64,000 nt of DNA. Source: Phycisphaerae bacterium (GTDB lineage: Bacteria; Planctomycetota; Phycisphaerae; UBA1845; Fen-1342). Made by a program: the position numbers and the translations under genes. The notes under the pieces were generated by a model, which was given only the letters and a program-made list of their open reading frames with translations, was not told where the DNA came from and made no database searches. This document shows, piece by piece, positions 1 through 9,421 of the stretch (positions within the stretch are counted from its first letter, which is position 1; each line of letters starts with the position of its first letter). The DNA lies in NCBI GenBank assembly GCA_050115495.1, contig JASFQK010000002.1, positions 64,001-128,000 on the forward strand, given 5' to 3'.

Positions 1-300
1 GCTCAGGCCCAGGCTGAGGCCGGTCTGAGCGGCGCGTTGGGCCGGCTCATGCTCGTCGTCGAGCAGTACCCTGACCTCAAGGCGAACCAGAACTTCCTGG
101 CGCTCCAGGAAGAGCTGACCTCGACCGAGAACCGCATCGGCTTTTCGCGGCAGTACTACAATGACACGGTGATGCACTTCAACACGCGCATCGAGAGCTT
201 CCCGCAGAACGTCGTCGCCGGCATGTTCCAGTTCCGGCAGGCGGCCTTCTTCGAGCTCGAAGACCAGGCCGAGCGGGCTGTGCCGCAGGTGAAGTTCTAG
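1..300 (+). CDS. lemA: LemA family protein (5'-truncated by the window edge)
   Basis: EQYPDLKANQNFLALQEELTSTENRIGFSRQYYND...FPQNVVAGMFQF...VPQVKF is the LemA C-terminal signature; it lies directly before an HtpX-like gene, a common pairing. Confidence 0.93.
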   Translation, partial: AQAQAEAGLSGALGRLMLVVEQYPDLKANQNFLALQEELTSTENRIGFSRQYYNDTVMHFNTRIESFPQNVVAGMFQFRQAAFFELEDQAERAVPQVKF

Positions 301-389
301 CGGCACGTCGCAAAAGGGGACTGGCTCCGAGCCGACGAGACGGCGCAGTTGCAGAGACCGCACGCGGCGAACGCGAGTTGGGATGAGTC

Positions 390-1904
390 ATGTGGGAAGC
401 GATCGCCAGCAACCGGCAACGGTCGTTGATGCTCATCGGGTTGATGGGCATGTTGCTGGTTGCGCTGGGGGCGGTCATCGGGGCGGCGCTGGTGCCGCCG
501 GCGGGCAACCACTACCTGGACCCGGGTCACCGGGGCGGCGGTGTGGATCCGCTGGTGTCGGGGGCGTGGGGTGCGGGCATCGCCCTGACTATCTGGCTCA
601 TCCTGTGGCTGGTGGCGGTGGCCGGCGGGGATGACATCCTGCTGTCGGCGGCCGGCGCCAAGCGCGTCGACAAGGAGCACGCCCCGCAGCTCTGGAATGT
701 CGTCGAGGAAATGACCATCGCCTCCGGGCTGGGCAAGGTGCCGCGCGTTTACCTCATCGAAGATGACAATCCGAACGCCTTCGCCGTGGGCTACAAACCG
801 GGAAAGGCGGCCGTCGCCGTCACGACCGGCCTGCTGCGACGGCTGAACCGCGACGAGCTGCAGGGGGTCGTCGCCCACGAGATCGGCCACATCCGCAACA
901 TGGACGTGCGATTCCTGACCATCGCCGGCGTGATGATGGGCAGCATCGTCCTCATCGCCGATCTGTTCCTGCGTTCGTTGTGGTACGGCAGCGGGCGGCG
1001 CAGCTCGCGCTCCAGCCGCGGCGGCGGTCAGGCGCAGCTCATCCTCCTGGTCGTGGCGATCGTGCTGGCCATCGCCGCTCCGCTGCTGGCCCAGATCCTG
1101 TACTTCGCCTGTTCGCGGAAGCGCGAGTACCTGGCCGACGCGTCAGCAGCCCGCTTCACCCGCTACCCGGCGGGGTTGGCCAGCGCCCTGGAGAAGATCT
1201 CCACCAACGTCGGCCGTTCGCCGGTGAAGGGGGCCCGGGCCAATCGCGTGGTCGCCCCGATGTTCATCGTGAATCCGTTACAGGCCCGCGGGGCGGTCGG
1301 GCTGCTGGCCACGCACCCGCCAACGGAGAAGCGGATCCGGATTCTCCGCAGTATGGGCGGCGGGGCCGGGCTGGCGGAGTACGAGGCGGCGTATCAGCGG
1401 GAGATCGGTCAGAAGGAGCACTGTTTGGGCGAGCGGACGTTGCGGGAGGCTGAGGCGGTCGCCATCCGTGAACCGAGCGTGACGGCCGACGAGCGGGCGG
1501 ATGCGGTGGCCCGGGCACGGGAGGCGGGGGATCTGGCGGCCGGCCTGGCGAACTTCCTGTTCATCGCCTGCGTCTGCGGCCTGCGGATCAAGGTGCCGCC
1601 GGACTTCAAGCGTTCGGAAATCAAGTGTCCACGTTGCGGGCGGGAGCACGAGGTGCCGGTGGCGGAACTGGCGGTGGTGACTGCGGCGGCGGGCGCTGTC
1701 CGGCAGGGGGGAAAGAAGGCGGCTAAGCCGACGCCGCCGGCACCCCAGTCGGCGACGATCCGGTACAAGCGGAAAGGCGGTGGGTGGGAATCGTTCAAGT
1801 GCCGCTGTGGGCACCCGATCCAGCTCAGCCCGGGGTTCCGTTCGCCCACCGTGACGTGCCCGAAATGCCGGGCCGTCGTCTCGGTGGATTCCACCGGGCG
1901 GTAG
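390..1904 (+). CDS. htpX: M48/HtpX-family zinc metalloprotease with two C-terminal Cys-rich zinc-ribbon-like motifs
   Basis: PNAFA, HEIGH (HExxH), SRKREYLAD, ALEKI and THPP motifs; N-terminal TM helices. Confidence 0.9.
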   Translation: MWEAIASNRQRSLMLIGLMGMLLVALGAVIGAALVPPAGNHYLDPGHRGGGVDPLVSGAWGAGIALTIWLILWLVAVAGGDDILLSAAGAKRVDKEHAPQLWNVVEEMTIASGLGKVPRVYLIEDDNPNAFAVGYKPGKAAVAVTTGLLRRLNRDELQGVVAHEIGHIRNMDVRFLTIAGVMMGSIVLIADLFLRSLWYGSGRRSSRSSRGGGQAQLILLVVAIVLAIAAPLLAQILYFACSRKREYLADASAARFTRYPAGLASALEKISTNVGRSPVKGARANRVVAPMFIVNPLQARGAVGLLATHPPTEKRIRILRSMGGGAGLAEYEAAYQREIGQKEHCLGERTLREAEAVAIREPSVTADERADAVARAREAGDLAAGLANFLFIACVCGLRIKVPPDFKRSEIKCPRCGREHEVPVAELAVVTAAAGAVRQGGKKAAKPTPPAPQSATIRYKRKGGGWESFKCRCGHPIQLSPGFRSPTVTCPKCRAVVSVDSTGR

Positions 1905-1999
1905 GCGGCTCGACCGGCGGGGGGCCCTGGATTACAATGGCGGTTTGTTTGTCCGCCGAGCGGACGAGCGGCTTGTTCAAGCAAGTGTGAGGTCCTGCC

Positions 2000-3142
2000 A
2001 TGAGAAAGTTCCGTCTGTTTACGCCCGGTCCTTGTGCGGTTCCTGAGGAAGTGCTGATCGAGATGGCGCGGCCATTTCATCATCACCGTACGGACTGGTT
2101 CAAGGGGTACATGAAAGAGGCGACGACCAAGCTCCAGCAGGTCATGTGCACCAAGCAAACGGCGATCATCATCACCGGCTCGGGCACGGCGGCGGCCGAG
2201 GCGGCCATCGTCGGCTGCAACCCGCCGGGCTCGAAGATGCTGACGATCGAGGGCGGCAAGTTCGGCCAGCGCTGGGGCGAGATCGCCCAGCAGTACGGCG
2301 TCGACGTGATCCGTCATGAGATCGAGTGGGGCACGGCGCCGCAGGCCGACGTCGTCGCCGACCTCCTGAAGAAGGACCCGGCGATCACCGCCGTCATGGT
2401 CGTGCACAGCGAAACGTCGACGGGCACGGCCTGCGACCTGGCGGCGATCGGCAAGGTCGTCCGCGGGGCGGGCAAGCTGCTGCTGGCGGACTGCATCACG
2501 TCGGCCGGGGCCTTGCCGCTGAAGCCGGATGAGTGGGGTGTGGACGTGGCGATCACCGGGGCGCAGAAGTCGCTGATGCTGCCGCCGGGCCTGGGCTTCC
2601 TCACCGTCAGTGACCGGGCCTGGAGCGTGATCGAGAGCAACAAGAGCCAGCACGCCTACTACCTGAACCTGCTGAAGGCCCGCAAGAGTGCCGAGGGCAG
2701 CGACACGCCGTTCACCCCGGCGCACCTGCTGATTCGCGGGCTGAACAAGGCGCTGGACATCATCCTCGAAGACGGCATCGAAGCCGTGTGGAAGCGCGTG
2801 GCGGCGATGGCGGCGGCGACGCGGGCCGCGGGCGAAGCCATCGGCTGCAAGACTTTCTCGAAGTCGCCGTCGGATTCGGTGACGGCGCTCATGCCGCCGG
2901 CCGGCATCGCGGTGAAGGACATCCGCAAGGAACTCGAGAAGCGTTACGGGATCGAGTCGGCGGGTGGCCAGGACCAGCTCAAGGGCAAGATCTTCCGCAT
3001 CGGGCACATGGGCTACGTGGACGAGATGGACGCCATCACCGTCGTCGCCGCCCTGGAGCAGGTGCTGCACAAGCTGGGGCACAAGTTTGAGCTCGGCGCC
3101 GGCGTGACGGCGGCGCAGAAGATCCTGGCCGAGCGGATGTAG
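2000..3142 (+). CDS. Class V PLP aminotransferase (serine-pyruvate/alanine-glyoxylate type)
   Basis: LFTPGP, VHSETSTG, GAQKSLMLPPGL (PLP lysine), FRIGHMG; GAGG SD upstream. Confidence 0.9.
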   Translation: MRKFRLFTPGPCAVPEEVLIEMARPFHHHRTDWFKGYMKEATTKLQQVMCTKQTAIIITGSGTAAAEAAIVGCNPPGSKMLTIEGGKFGQRWGEIAQQYGVDVIRHEIEWGTAPQADVVADLLKKDPAITAVMVVHSETSTGTACDLAAIGKVVRGAGKLLLADCITSAGALPLKPDEWGVDVAITGAQKSLMLPPGLGFLTVSDRAWSVIESNKSQHAYYLNLLKARKSAEGSDTPFTPAHLLIRGLNKALDIILEDGIEAVWKRVAAMAAATRAAGEAIGCKTFSKSPSDSVTALMPPAGIAVKDIRKELEKRYGIESAGGQDQLKGKIFRIGHMGYVDEMDAITVVAALEQVLHKLGHKFELGAGVTAAQKILAERM

Positions 3143-3178
3143 TCGCCGGTCTGGATGCAGAACATCGCAGTGACGATT

Positions 3179-3207
3179 GCAGGGCGGGCCCGTGCGGCTC
3201 GCCCTGC
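3179..3207 (+). terminator. GC-rich hairpin after the aminotransferase gene (terminator-like or REP-like)
   Basis: GCAGGGCGGGCC-cgtgc-GGCTCGCCCTGC, a 12-bp stem with one G-T pair; weak U tract. Confidence 0.4.
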
Positions 3208-3270
3208 TGTATTGTGGGGATAGGGCTGGGAATTATCGGACGAAATAGTCGCCCCGCCGACGGATTCGCG

Positions 3271-3300
3271 TTGAGCCTCATCCCGCCGCCGACTTAGAAT
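3271..3300 (+). promoter_or_regulatory. Putative sigma70 promoter
   Basis: TTGAGC-N18-TAGAAT upstream of the CDS at 3348. Confidence 0.45.
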
Positions 3301-3347
3301 GGGCTCAGCGGCGCTCAGGTCTGACGAAGCCCGCATCGTGCCGGCGT

Positions 3348-5537
3348 TTGCACATGTCGCGTGTGGCGCACTTGTCGATTTTTGTATGTTCGGCCACGCT
3401 GCTGGCCCCTATGTCGGTGTTCGCACAGGGCACCGCCACGCAGGGCGAGAAGCGCGTCGACGTCGGCGTGGCCATGAACGACGCCGTCTCCCCGAGTGAG
3501 ATCAGCATATCGGGAACACAGAGCGTCCACAGCGCGCACGGCGGGTCGGGGGCGGTTGTGGTGGCGGTGCTCGCGGACAGCAACGACGGGACGGAGATCG
3601 ATCGGCGCGTGTGGGATAGCGCCGGCTGCTGCGGAACGGGGCGCAACTGGCTCGGTCTGGGAGGCGGCTTGCGCTTCGAGACCGGACTGCGCTTTCATCT
3701 ACCGAACATCGGGCAGGGCGAGAGCTTCGTGTACGCCCGCCTGGCGCTGCCGGTGACCGATGACGGCTGGGTGGATTCACACGTGGCGTTGCGGCTCGTC
3801 GGTGTGAACCAGGACGGCGTGGCGGATTTCACCAGTGGTCGCCCGTCGCAACTGCCCAAGACGCTGGCCAGTGTGGCGTGGGAGCTCGACGAGGACTGGC
3901 CCGCCGGTGCGGGCGACCGCGAGTGCTGGCCGCTCTGGCGGTACAGCCCGGACATCTCGCCGATCCTCAACGAGATTCTGGCGCGGCCGGGCTGGGGCAC
4001 CGGATCGCAAGGGCACACGTTGGGTATCGTCATCGAGGACGGCGGCACGCCCGACGGGAACTTCGTCGTCATCGAGGATTACCACGAGGTCGATCATGCC
4101 GGCTGCGCCGGAGCGGTGATCGCTCCGCGGCTGGAGCTCTACCGCTCGACGCGGGACACGTTCCTCGGCGAAGAGCTGCTGGGTTGTCCGACCGATCACT
4201 CCGTTACGCTGAACGTGTTGGCCCTGCTGCCGCTGGAGGCGTACGTCGAGTACGGCGTGATGCCCGACGTCTACACGCGGGCGACGTCACCGGTGTCGGC
4301 GGCGGGCGGCGCGCCGCTGGAGATCATCGTCGACGGCCTGTCGCCGAACGCGCAGTACTACTACCGGGTGCGCTATCGACGGGCCGGAGCACAGGCGTAC
4401 GTCGCCGGCCCGGAAGGTTGTTTTCGCACGCAGCGGGAAACGGGGCGGTCGTTCGTGTTCACGGTGCAGTCGGATCCGCACATGATCGCCGGTTCGCTGG
4501 GGCCGGATGCGGACCGCGACACGCTGTACCGGCTGACGCTGGCGAACGTGGCGGCGGACCGGCCGGACTTCCACATCGACCTGGGTGACACGTTCTTCTG
4601 CGAGGACTACGGCGGACGGGACGTGCTCGACGGAGTGGAGGCGGTCGAGCGGCACGTGGCCCAGCGGCTGTACTTCGACGCGGTGGCGCACTCGTCGCCG
4701 TTGCTGCTGGCGCTGGGCAACCACGAGGGTGAGCAGGGCTGGCGCCTGGACGGAACGGCGGAGAACGTCGCGGTCTGGGCGGCCGGCGCGCGGAAGCTGG
4801 TCTATCCGTTGCCGGTCCCGGGTTCGTTCTACACCGGCAACAGCGATGTGACGGCGTTCGTCGGCCTGCGCGAGGACTACTACGCGTGGACGTGGGGTGA
4901 TGCGCTGTTCGTCGTGCTGGATCCGTACTGGTATACAACGCGCAAGCCGCATTTCCTGCCGATGGGCGGGCCGCCGGGCAGTGGCGACAACTGGGACTGG
5001 AGCCTCGGTCACGCGCAGTACGACTGGCTGGCGGCGACGTTGGCGGCGAGCCCGGCGAAGTACAAGTTCGTGTTCACGCATCAGTTGACCGGCGGCGTAA
5101 CGTGGTACGGCCGCGGCGGGATCGAGGCCGCCAGTCACGCGCTCGGTGGCTGCGGTTCGTATGAGTGGGGCGGCGAGGATCTGTACGGCCGCGAGCGCTT
5201 CGCCGAGTACCGGCCGCACTGGGGTGTACCGCTGCACGATCTGCTGGTGCAAAACGGTGTGACCATCGTCTTCCATGGCCACGATCACGTCTTCGTACGG
5301 CAGGAGCTTGATGGCGTCGTGTACCAGGAATGCCCGCAGCCCAGCGATGCGACGTACGGCTTCGGGCACCTGTGGGACGGGCACTACGTCAACGGCGACG
5401 CAGTGGCCAATTCCGGGCATCTGCGCGTCACTGTCTCGCCGGCGGAGGTGCACGTGGAGTATGTGCGGGCCTATCTGCCGGGGGATGGCCTCAACGGCGA
5501 CGTGGCCTACACGTACACGATCGCGGCACTGCCGTAG
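3348..5537 (+). CDS. Secreted metallophosphoesterase (purple-acid-phosphatase-like, with FN3-like and unknown N-terminal domains)
   Basis: Signal peptide; SDPH, DLGD, GNHE and HGHDH calcineurin-like motifs; GLSPNAQYYYRV is FN3-like. Confidence 0.8.
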   Translation: MHMSRVAHLSIFVCSATLLAPMSVFAQGTATQGEKRVDVGVAMNDAVSPSEISISGTQSVHSAHGGSGAVVVAVLADSNDGTEIDRRVWDSAGCCGTGRNWLGLGGGLRFETGLRFHLPNIGQGESFVYARLALPVTDDGWVDSHVALRLVGVNQDGVADFTSGRPSQLPKTLASVAWELDEDWPAGAGDRECWPLWRYSPDISPILNEILARPGWGTGSQGHTLGIVIEDGGTPDGNFVVIEDYHEVDHAGCAGAVIAPRLELYRSTRDTFLGEELLGCPTDHSVTLNVLALLPLEAYVEYGVMPDVYTRATSPVSAAGGAPLEIIVDGLSPNAQYYYRVRYRRAGAQAYVAGPEGCFRTQRETGRSFVFTVQSDPHMIAGSLGPDADRDTLYRLTLANVAADRPDFHIDLGDTFFCEDYGGRDVLDGVEAVERHVAQRLYFDAVAHSSPLLLALGNHEGEQGWRLDGTAENVAVWAAGARKLVYPLPVPGSFYTGNSDVTAFVGLREDYYAWTWGDALFVVLDPYWYTTRKPHFLPMGGPPGSGDNWDWSLGHAQYDWLAATLAASPAKYKFVFTHQLTGGVTWYGRGGIEAASHALGGCGSYEWGGEDLYGRERFAEYRPHWGVPLHDLLVQNGVTIVFHGHDHVFVRQELDGVVYQECPQPSDATYGFGHLWDGHYVNGDAVANSGHLRVTVSPAEVHVEYVRAYLPGDGLNGDVAYTYTIAALP

Positions 5538-5556
5538 GCGCGGGGGCGTGATTTTC

Positions 5557-5586
5557 TTGACGGGCGCAGCGCGCGGGCGATAGACT
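5557..5586 (+). promoter_or_regulatory. Putative sigma70 promoter giving a leaderless transcript
   Basis: TTGACG-N18-TAGACT ends 6 nt before the ATG at 5593; no SD. Confidence 0.55.
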
Positions 5587-5592
5587 CGCGCC

Positions 5593-7836
5593 ATGCGATG
5601 GAATCTCCTTGCCGCGGGCGCGCTGCTGGCGGGGGTGTTGCTGGTCGGGGCTTGTGATCGGCCACCGGCCGGGAGCGCCGGCCCGGGATCAGCCGATCAT
5701 CCCAACGTTCTGCTGATTACGCTGGATACGACGCGAGCCGACCACCTCGGCTGCTACGGCCACACAGCGGCACAGACACCCGTGCTGGACAAGCTGGCCG
5801 CCGGCGGCGTGCGTTGCGAGCGAGCCTATTGCCAGGCGCCGTTGACGCTGCCGTCGCACACGGCGTTGCTGACCAGCTCCTATCCGCCGGCGAACGGCAT
5901 TCGCATGAACGGTGGCGGCGTGGTGGCCGAGAGCTGGCCGACGCTGGCGGAGCAGTTTCACGCGCATGAGTATCGGACCGGGGCGTTCATCGCGGCCTGG
6001 GTGCTGCACGCCGGCTTCGGCCTGAACCGCGGCTTTGATCGCTACGACGATGAGCTCGGCGGCGAAGAAGCCGGCGCCGTGGAGCAGCTCGAACGCCGGG
6101 GGGACGACGTCTGCGACCGGGCCTTGGCCTGGCTGGCGGAGCAGCCGGGCAAGCCGTTTTTCGCCTGGGTGCATTTCTTCGATCCGCATCATCCGTACGC
6201 GCCGCCGGCGCCGTACGACGCGAAGCTCGCCGATCCGTACGACGGTGAGATTGCCTTCATGGATGCCCAGGTGGGGCGGCTGGTGGCCTGGCTCGAAGAG
6301 AAGGGGCTGCGTGAGCGAACACTGATCGTGGTCGTGGGCGATCACGGCGAGGCGTTCGGCGAGCACGGTGAGACCGAGCACGGGCTGTTCCTGTACGACA
6401 CGACGCTACGCGTGCCGCTGATCTTCTCGTTCCCGTCGCGCGTGAACGCGGGGCACGTTGTGGCCGGCAGCGTGCGCCTGGTGGATATCGCCCCGACCGT
6501 GCTGGAGCTGCTGGGCTGGCCGTTGCCGGCGGCGTGGCAGGGCGAGAGCCTGCGGTCGGCGCTGGCCGGTAAGGCACTGGCCGGCCGTCCGGTCTACGGT
6601 GAGACGCAGTACCCGCGCGTCGGCTTCGGCTGGGCGCCGCTGCGCTGCTGCATCATGGACCAGTGGAAGTACATCGATGCGCCGCGTCCGGAGCTGTATG
6701 ACTGGCGGGCGGATCCGGCCGAGGAAACGAACGTGCTGGATGCGCACGCCGACGTCGCCGCGCAGCTTCGTGCGGAACTGGCCGATTTGGTGGCCGGCTG
6801 GGAGAGTTCACCGGCGCGGCAGGTGGCGCTCGACGCAGAGGACATCCAGGCGCTCGAAAGTCTCGGCTACGTGGGTGTGGCCGGCGAGATGCCGGAATCG
6901 GACACGCCGCGGCGCGACGCGAAGGACATGGTGGACGTGCATCGCGGGTTGCTCGCCGGCCGGCGCATGCTGACCGAGGGTCGCTCCGCCGACGTGGTGG
7001 CGCTGCTCGAACCGCTTGCGCAGCAGAGCCCGGAATCGGACGAGCTGCACGCCGTGCTCGGCGAGGCGTACCTGAAGCTGCAACGCTTCGCCGACGCGGA
7101 GCGCGAGTACCGCGACAGCCTGCGCAGCGTGGCGACGAACGCCCGCAAGTGGTGCCGGCTGGGCGACGCCGTGCTTGGGCAGCAACGCGTCGACGAAGCG
7201 CTGGCCTGCTACCAGCGGGCGGCGGATTTGCCCGGCGAATACGGCCCGGCGCTGAGCCGGCTCGGCGCGCTCTACGCCAGACGCCGCGAGTTCGCCCAGG
7301 CTGAGCCGTTTCTGCGGCGGCGGCTGGCGCTCGAACCGCACTCGCCCGGAGCGTTGGTTAACCTGGCCAACGTGCTCGGTCCGCTGGGGCGTCGTGAGGA
7401 GGCGGTCCGTCTTGCCCGGCAGGCGCTGACCGAAGACCCGCGGTTCACGGCGGCGCATCGCTTCCTGTGGCAGGTGCTGGTCGCCACACACAAGAACGGC
7501 GAAGCGATCGAGGCGTTACGGGCGGCGGTGACGGCGCTGCCCGAGGATGTGTCGTTGCGGCGGCAACTGGCCACGCTGCTGGCGATGGTGCCGGAGGCCG
7601 GCGCGGCGGGGCGGGAAGAAGCGTTGGCGCTGGCCGAGCAGTGCGTCGCGCTGGCCCCGCAGGATCCGGAATGTCTGGACACGCTGTCCATCGTGCACGG
7701 GGCGCGGGGAGATGTTGCTCGGGCGTTGGAGCTCGGCCGACAAGCGCTGGCGCTGGCTCAGCACCAGGGCAAGCGTGCGGTGGCCGAGCGCATCGCGGCT
7801 CGCTTGCGCATGCTGGAAGGGCAGCGCCGGCCGTAA
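5593..7836 (+). CDS. Sulfatase/alkaline-phosphatase-superfamily lipoprotein with C-terminal TPR repeats
   Basis: Lipobox LVGAC; PNVLLITLDTTRADHL, TLPSH, WVHFFDPH, YDGEIAFMD and GDHGE motifs; TPR-like helices from about aa 450. Confidence 0.85.
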   Translation: MRWNLLAAGALLAGVLLVGACDRPPAGSAGPGSADHPNVLLITLDTTRADHLGCYGHTAAQTPVLDKLAAGGVRCERAYCQAPLTLPSHTALLTSSYPPANGIRMNGGGVVAESWPTLAEQFHAHEYRTGAFIAAWVLHAGFGLNRGFDRYDDELGGEEAGAVEQLERRGDDVCDRALAWLAEQPGKPFFAWVHFFDPHHPYAPPAPYDAKLADPYDGEIAFMDAQVGRLVAWLEEKGLRERTLIVVVGDHGEAFGEHGETEHGLFLYDTTLRVPLIFSFPSRVNAGHVVAGSVRLVDIAPTVLELLGWPLPAAWQGESLRSALAGKALAGRPVYGETQYPRVGFGWAPLRCCIMDQWKYIDAPRPELYDWRADPAEETNVLDAHADVAAQLRAELADLVAGWESSPARQVALDAEDIQALESLGYVGVAGEMPESDTPRRDAKDMVDVHRGLLAGRRMLTEGRSADVVALLEPLAQQSPESDELHAVLGEAYLKLQRFADAEREYRDSLRSVATNARKWCRLGDAVLGQQRVDEALACYQRAADLPGEYGPALSRLGALYARRREFAQAEPFLRRRLALEPHSPGALVNLANVLGPLGRREEAVRLARQALTEDPRFTAAHRFLWQVLVATHKNGEAIEALRAAVTALPEDVSLRRQLATLLAMVPEAGAAGREEALALAEQCVALAPQDPECLDTLSIVHGARGDVARALELGRQALALAQHQGKRAVAERIAARLRMLEGQRRP

Positions 7837-7845
7837 CGCGTGCGG

Positions 7846-9303
7846 CTATGTCTGAGACGGATGGGCGGCATCGCTCGTCGCTGCGGTTTCGAAGAAGCGC
7901 AGTTGCCGATCCTCGAACAGGTCTTTCTGGAACGCCGGGTCGATGGGGATGGGGTACTCACCCGTGAAGCACGCGTGGCAGAAGTCCGCATCGGGCGTGC
8001 GCGCCGCGGCCAGCAGGCCCTCGAGCGAGAGATAGGCGAGCGAGTCGACGCCGAGGAACTGACGAATCTCCTCGACCGACCGCTCGTTGGCGATCAGCTC
8101 CTCACGGCTGGGGAAGTCGATGCCGTAGTAGCAGGGGTGGCGAATGGGCGGGCTGGCGACGCGAAGGTGGATCTCGCGGGCGCCGGCCCGGCGGAGCGAG
8201 TCCATCTTGCCGCGGGTGGTCGTGCCGCGCACCACGGAGTCTTCGACGACGACCAGCCGCTTGCCCTCGACGCTGGCCCGAATCGGGTTGAGCTTCAGCC
8301 GCACGGTGAGATCGCGGATGGTCTGGGTCGGCTGGATGAACGAGCGGCCGACGTAGTGGTTCGTCGTGAAACCGCGGCCCATCGGTATGCCGGACTCTTC
8401 GTGATAGCCGAGGGCGGCGCAGCGGGCGCAGTTGGGCACGGGGATGACGAGGTCGGCGTCGACCGGCGCTTCGCGGGCCAGGGCCCGGCCCATCGCCTTG
8501 CGCACCAGGTGCACGTTGTCGCCGAAGACCAGGCTGGCCGGATCGGCGAAGTACACGTGCTCGAAGATGCAGTGGGCGCGGCGCTGGCTGTCGGCGTCGA
8601 CAAAGCGGCGCGAACTCATACTGTTGACGCGCAGCGTGACGATCTCGCCGGGCTCGACATCGCGGACGTATTCCGCCTCGATGATGTCCAGGGCGACGGT
8701 CTCGCTGGCGACGATCCAGGCATCGCCCTTGCGGCCGAGGCACAGCGGGCGGTTGCCGGTTGGATCGCGCACCGCCTCGATGCGGTCCGGGTAGGCCAGC
8801 AGCAGGCAGTACGCCCCGCGCAGGTGCCGCAGCACCGTGGCCAGCGGGTCCGGCTGCTCGGCGAAATGCTGGTCGGCCAGCATGTGCAGGATCACTTCGG
8901 TGTCCGAGGTGGTGACGAAAATGTGCCCGTGGGCCTCGTACGCCTGGCGGATCTCGGCGGCGTTGACCAGGTTGCCGTTGTGACAGATGGCCACCTGCCC
9001 GATCGAGCAGGACACCAGCAGCGGCTGGATGTTCGCTTCGCGGCTGGAGCCGGTTGTTGAATATCGTACGTGGCCGATGGCCAGCGGGTGCCGGACGTTG
9101 GCCAGTTGCCGCTGGTCGATGGCGTCGGTGAGCAGGCCCATGCCGGCCAGGCGATGGAGCTGCTGGCCGTCGGCGAAACAAATTCCCGCCGATTCCTGCC
9201 CGCGATGCTGCTGGGCGTACAGTCCCAGGTAGGTCAGATGGGCGGCATCAGGGTGGGCGGCGATGCCGAACAGGCCGCAGTGATGGGTGATTTCGAGCAC
9301 CAT
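7846..9303 (-). CDS. purF: Amidophosphoribosyltransferase
   Basis: Short propeptide then CGLFG; QHRGQESAGI, GHVRYSTTG, VVVEDSVVRGTT and PCYYGID; start placed at MVLEITHHCG (9303). Confidence 0.96.
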   Translation of the reverse strand: MVLEITHHCGLFGIAAHPDAAHLTYLGLYAQQHRGQESAGICFADGQQLHRLAGMGLLTDAIDQRQLANVRHPLAIGHVRYSTTGSSREANIQPLLVSCSIGQVAICHNGNLVNAAEIRQAYEAHGHIFVTTSDTEVILHMLADQHFAEQPDPLATVLRHLRGAYCLLLAYPDRIEAVRDPTGNRPLCLGRKGDAWIVASETVALDIIEAEYVRDVEPGEIVTLRVNSMSSRRFVDADSQRRAHCIFEHVYFADPASLVFGDNVHLVRKAMGRALAREAPVDADLVIPVPNCARCAALGYHEESGIPMGRGFTTNHYVGRSFIQPTQTIRDLTVRLKLNPIRASVEGKRLVVVEDSVVRGTTTRGKMDSLRRAGAREIHLRVASPPIRHPCYYGIDFPSREELIANERSVEEIRQFLGVDSLAYLSLEGLLAAARTPDADFCHACFTGEYPIPIDPAFQKDLFEDRQLRFFETAATSDAAHPSQT

Positions 9304-9421
9304 TGCCACGGTATACCGGCCCGGGGCCCCAGCCGCAATCCCGACCCGGTCGGCGGGGCCATTGACCCGGCGGGGCCGGTCCCGATAATGCACAGCCAGC
9401 GAGGTCTTCGGCTCCAAACGA

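Noticed and set aside
7840..9060. Long antisense or alternative-frame ORFs (e.g. 7840-9060 +, 9248-11482 -, 16751-18550 -, 21883-23460 +, 36701-38770 -, 60049-61983 -)
   Set aside because: Shadow ORFs opposite well-supported genes; expected in high-GC DNA, with no recognisable motifs.
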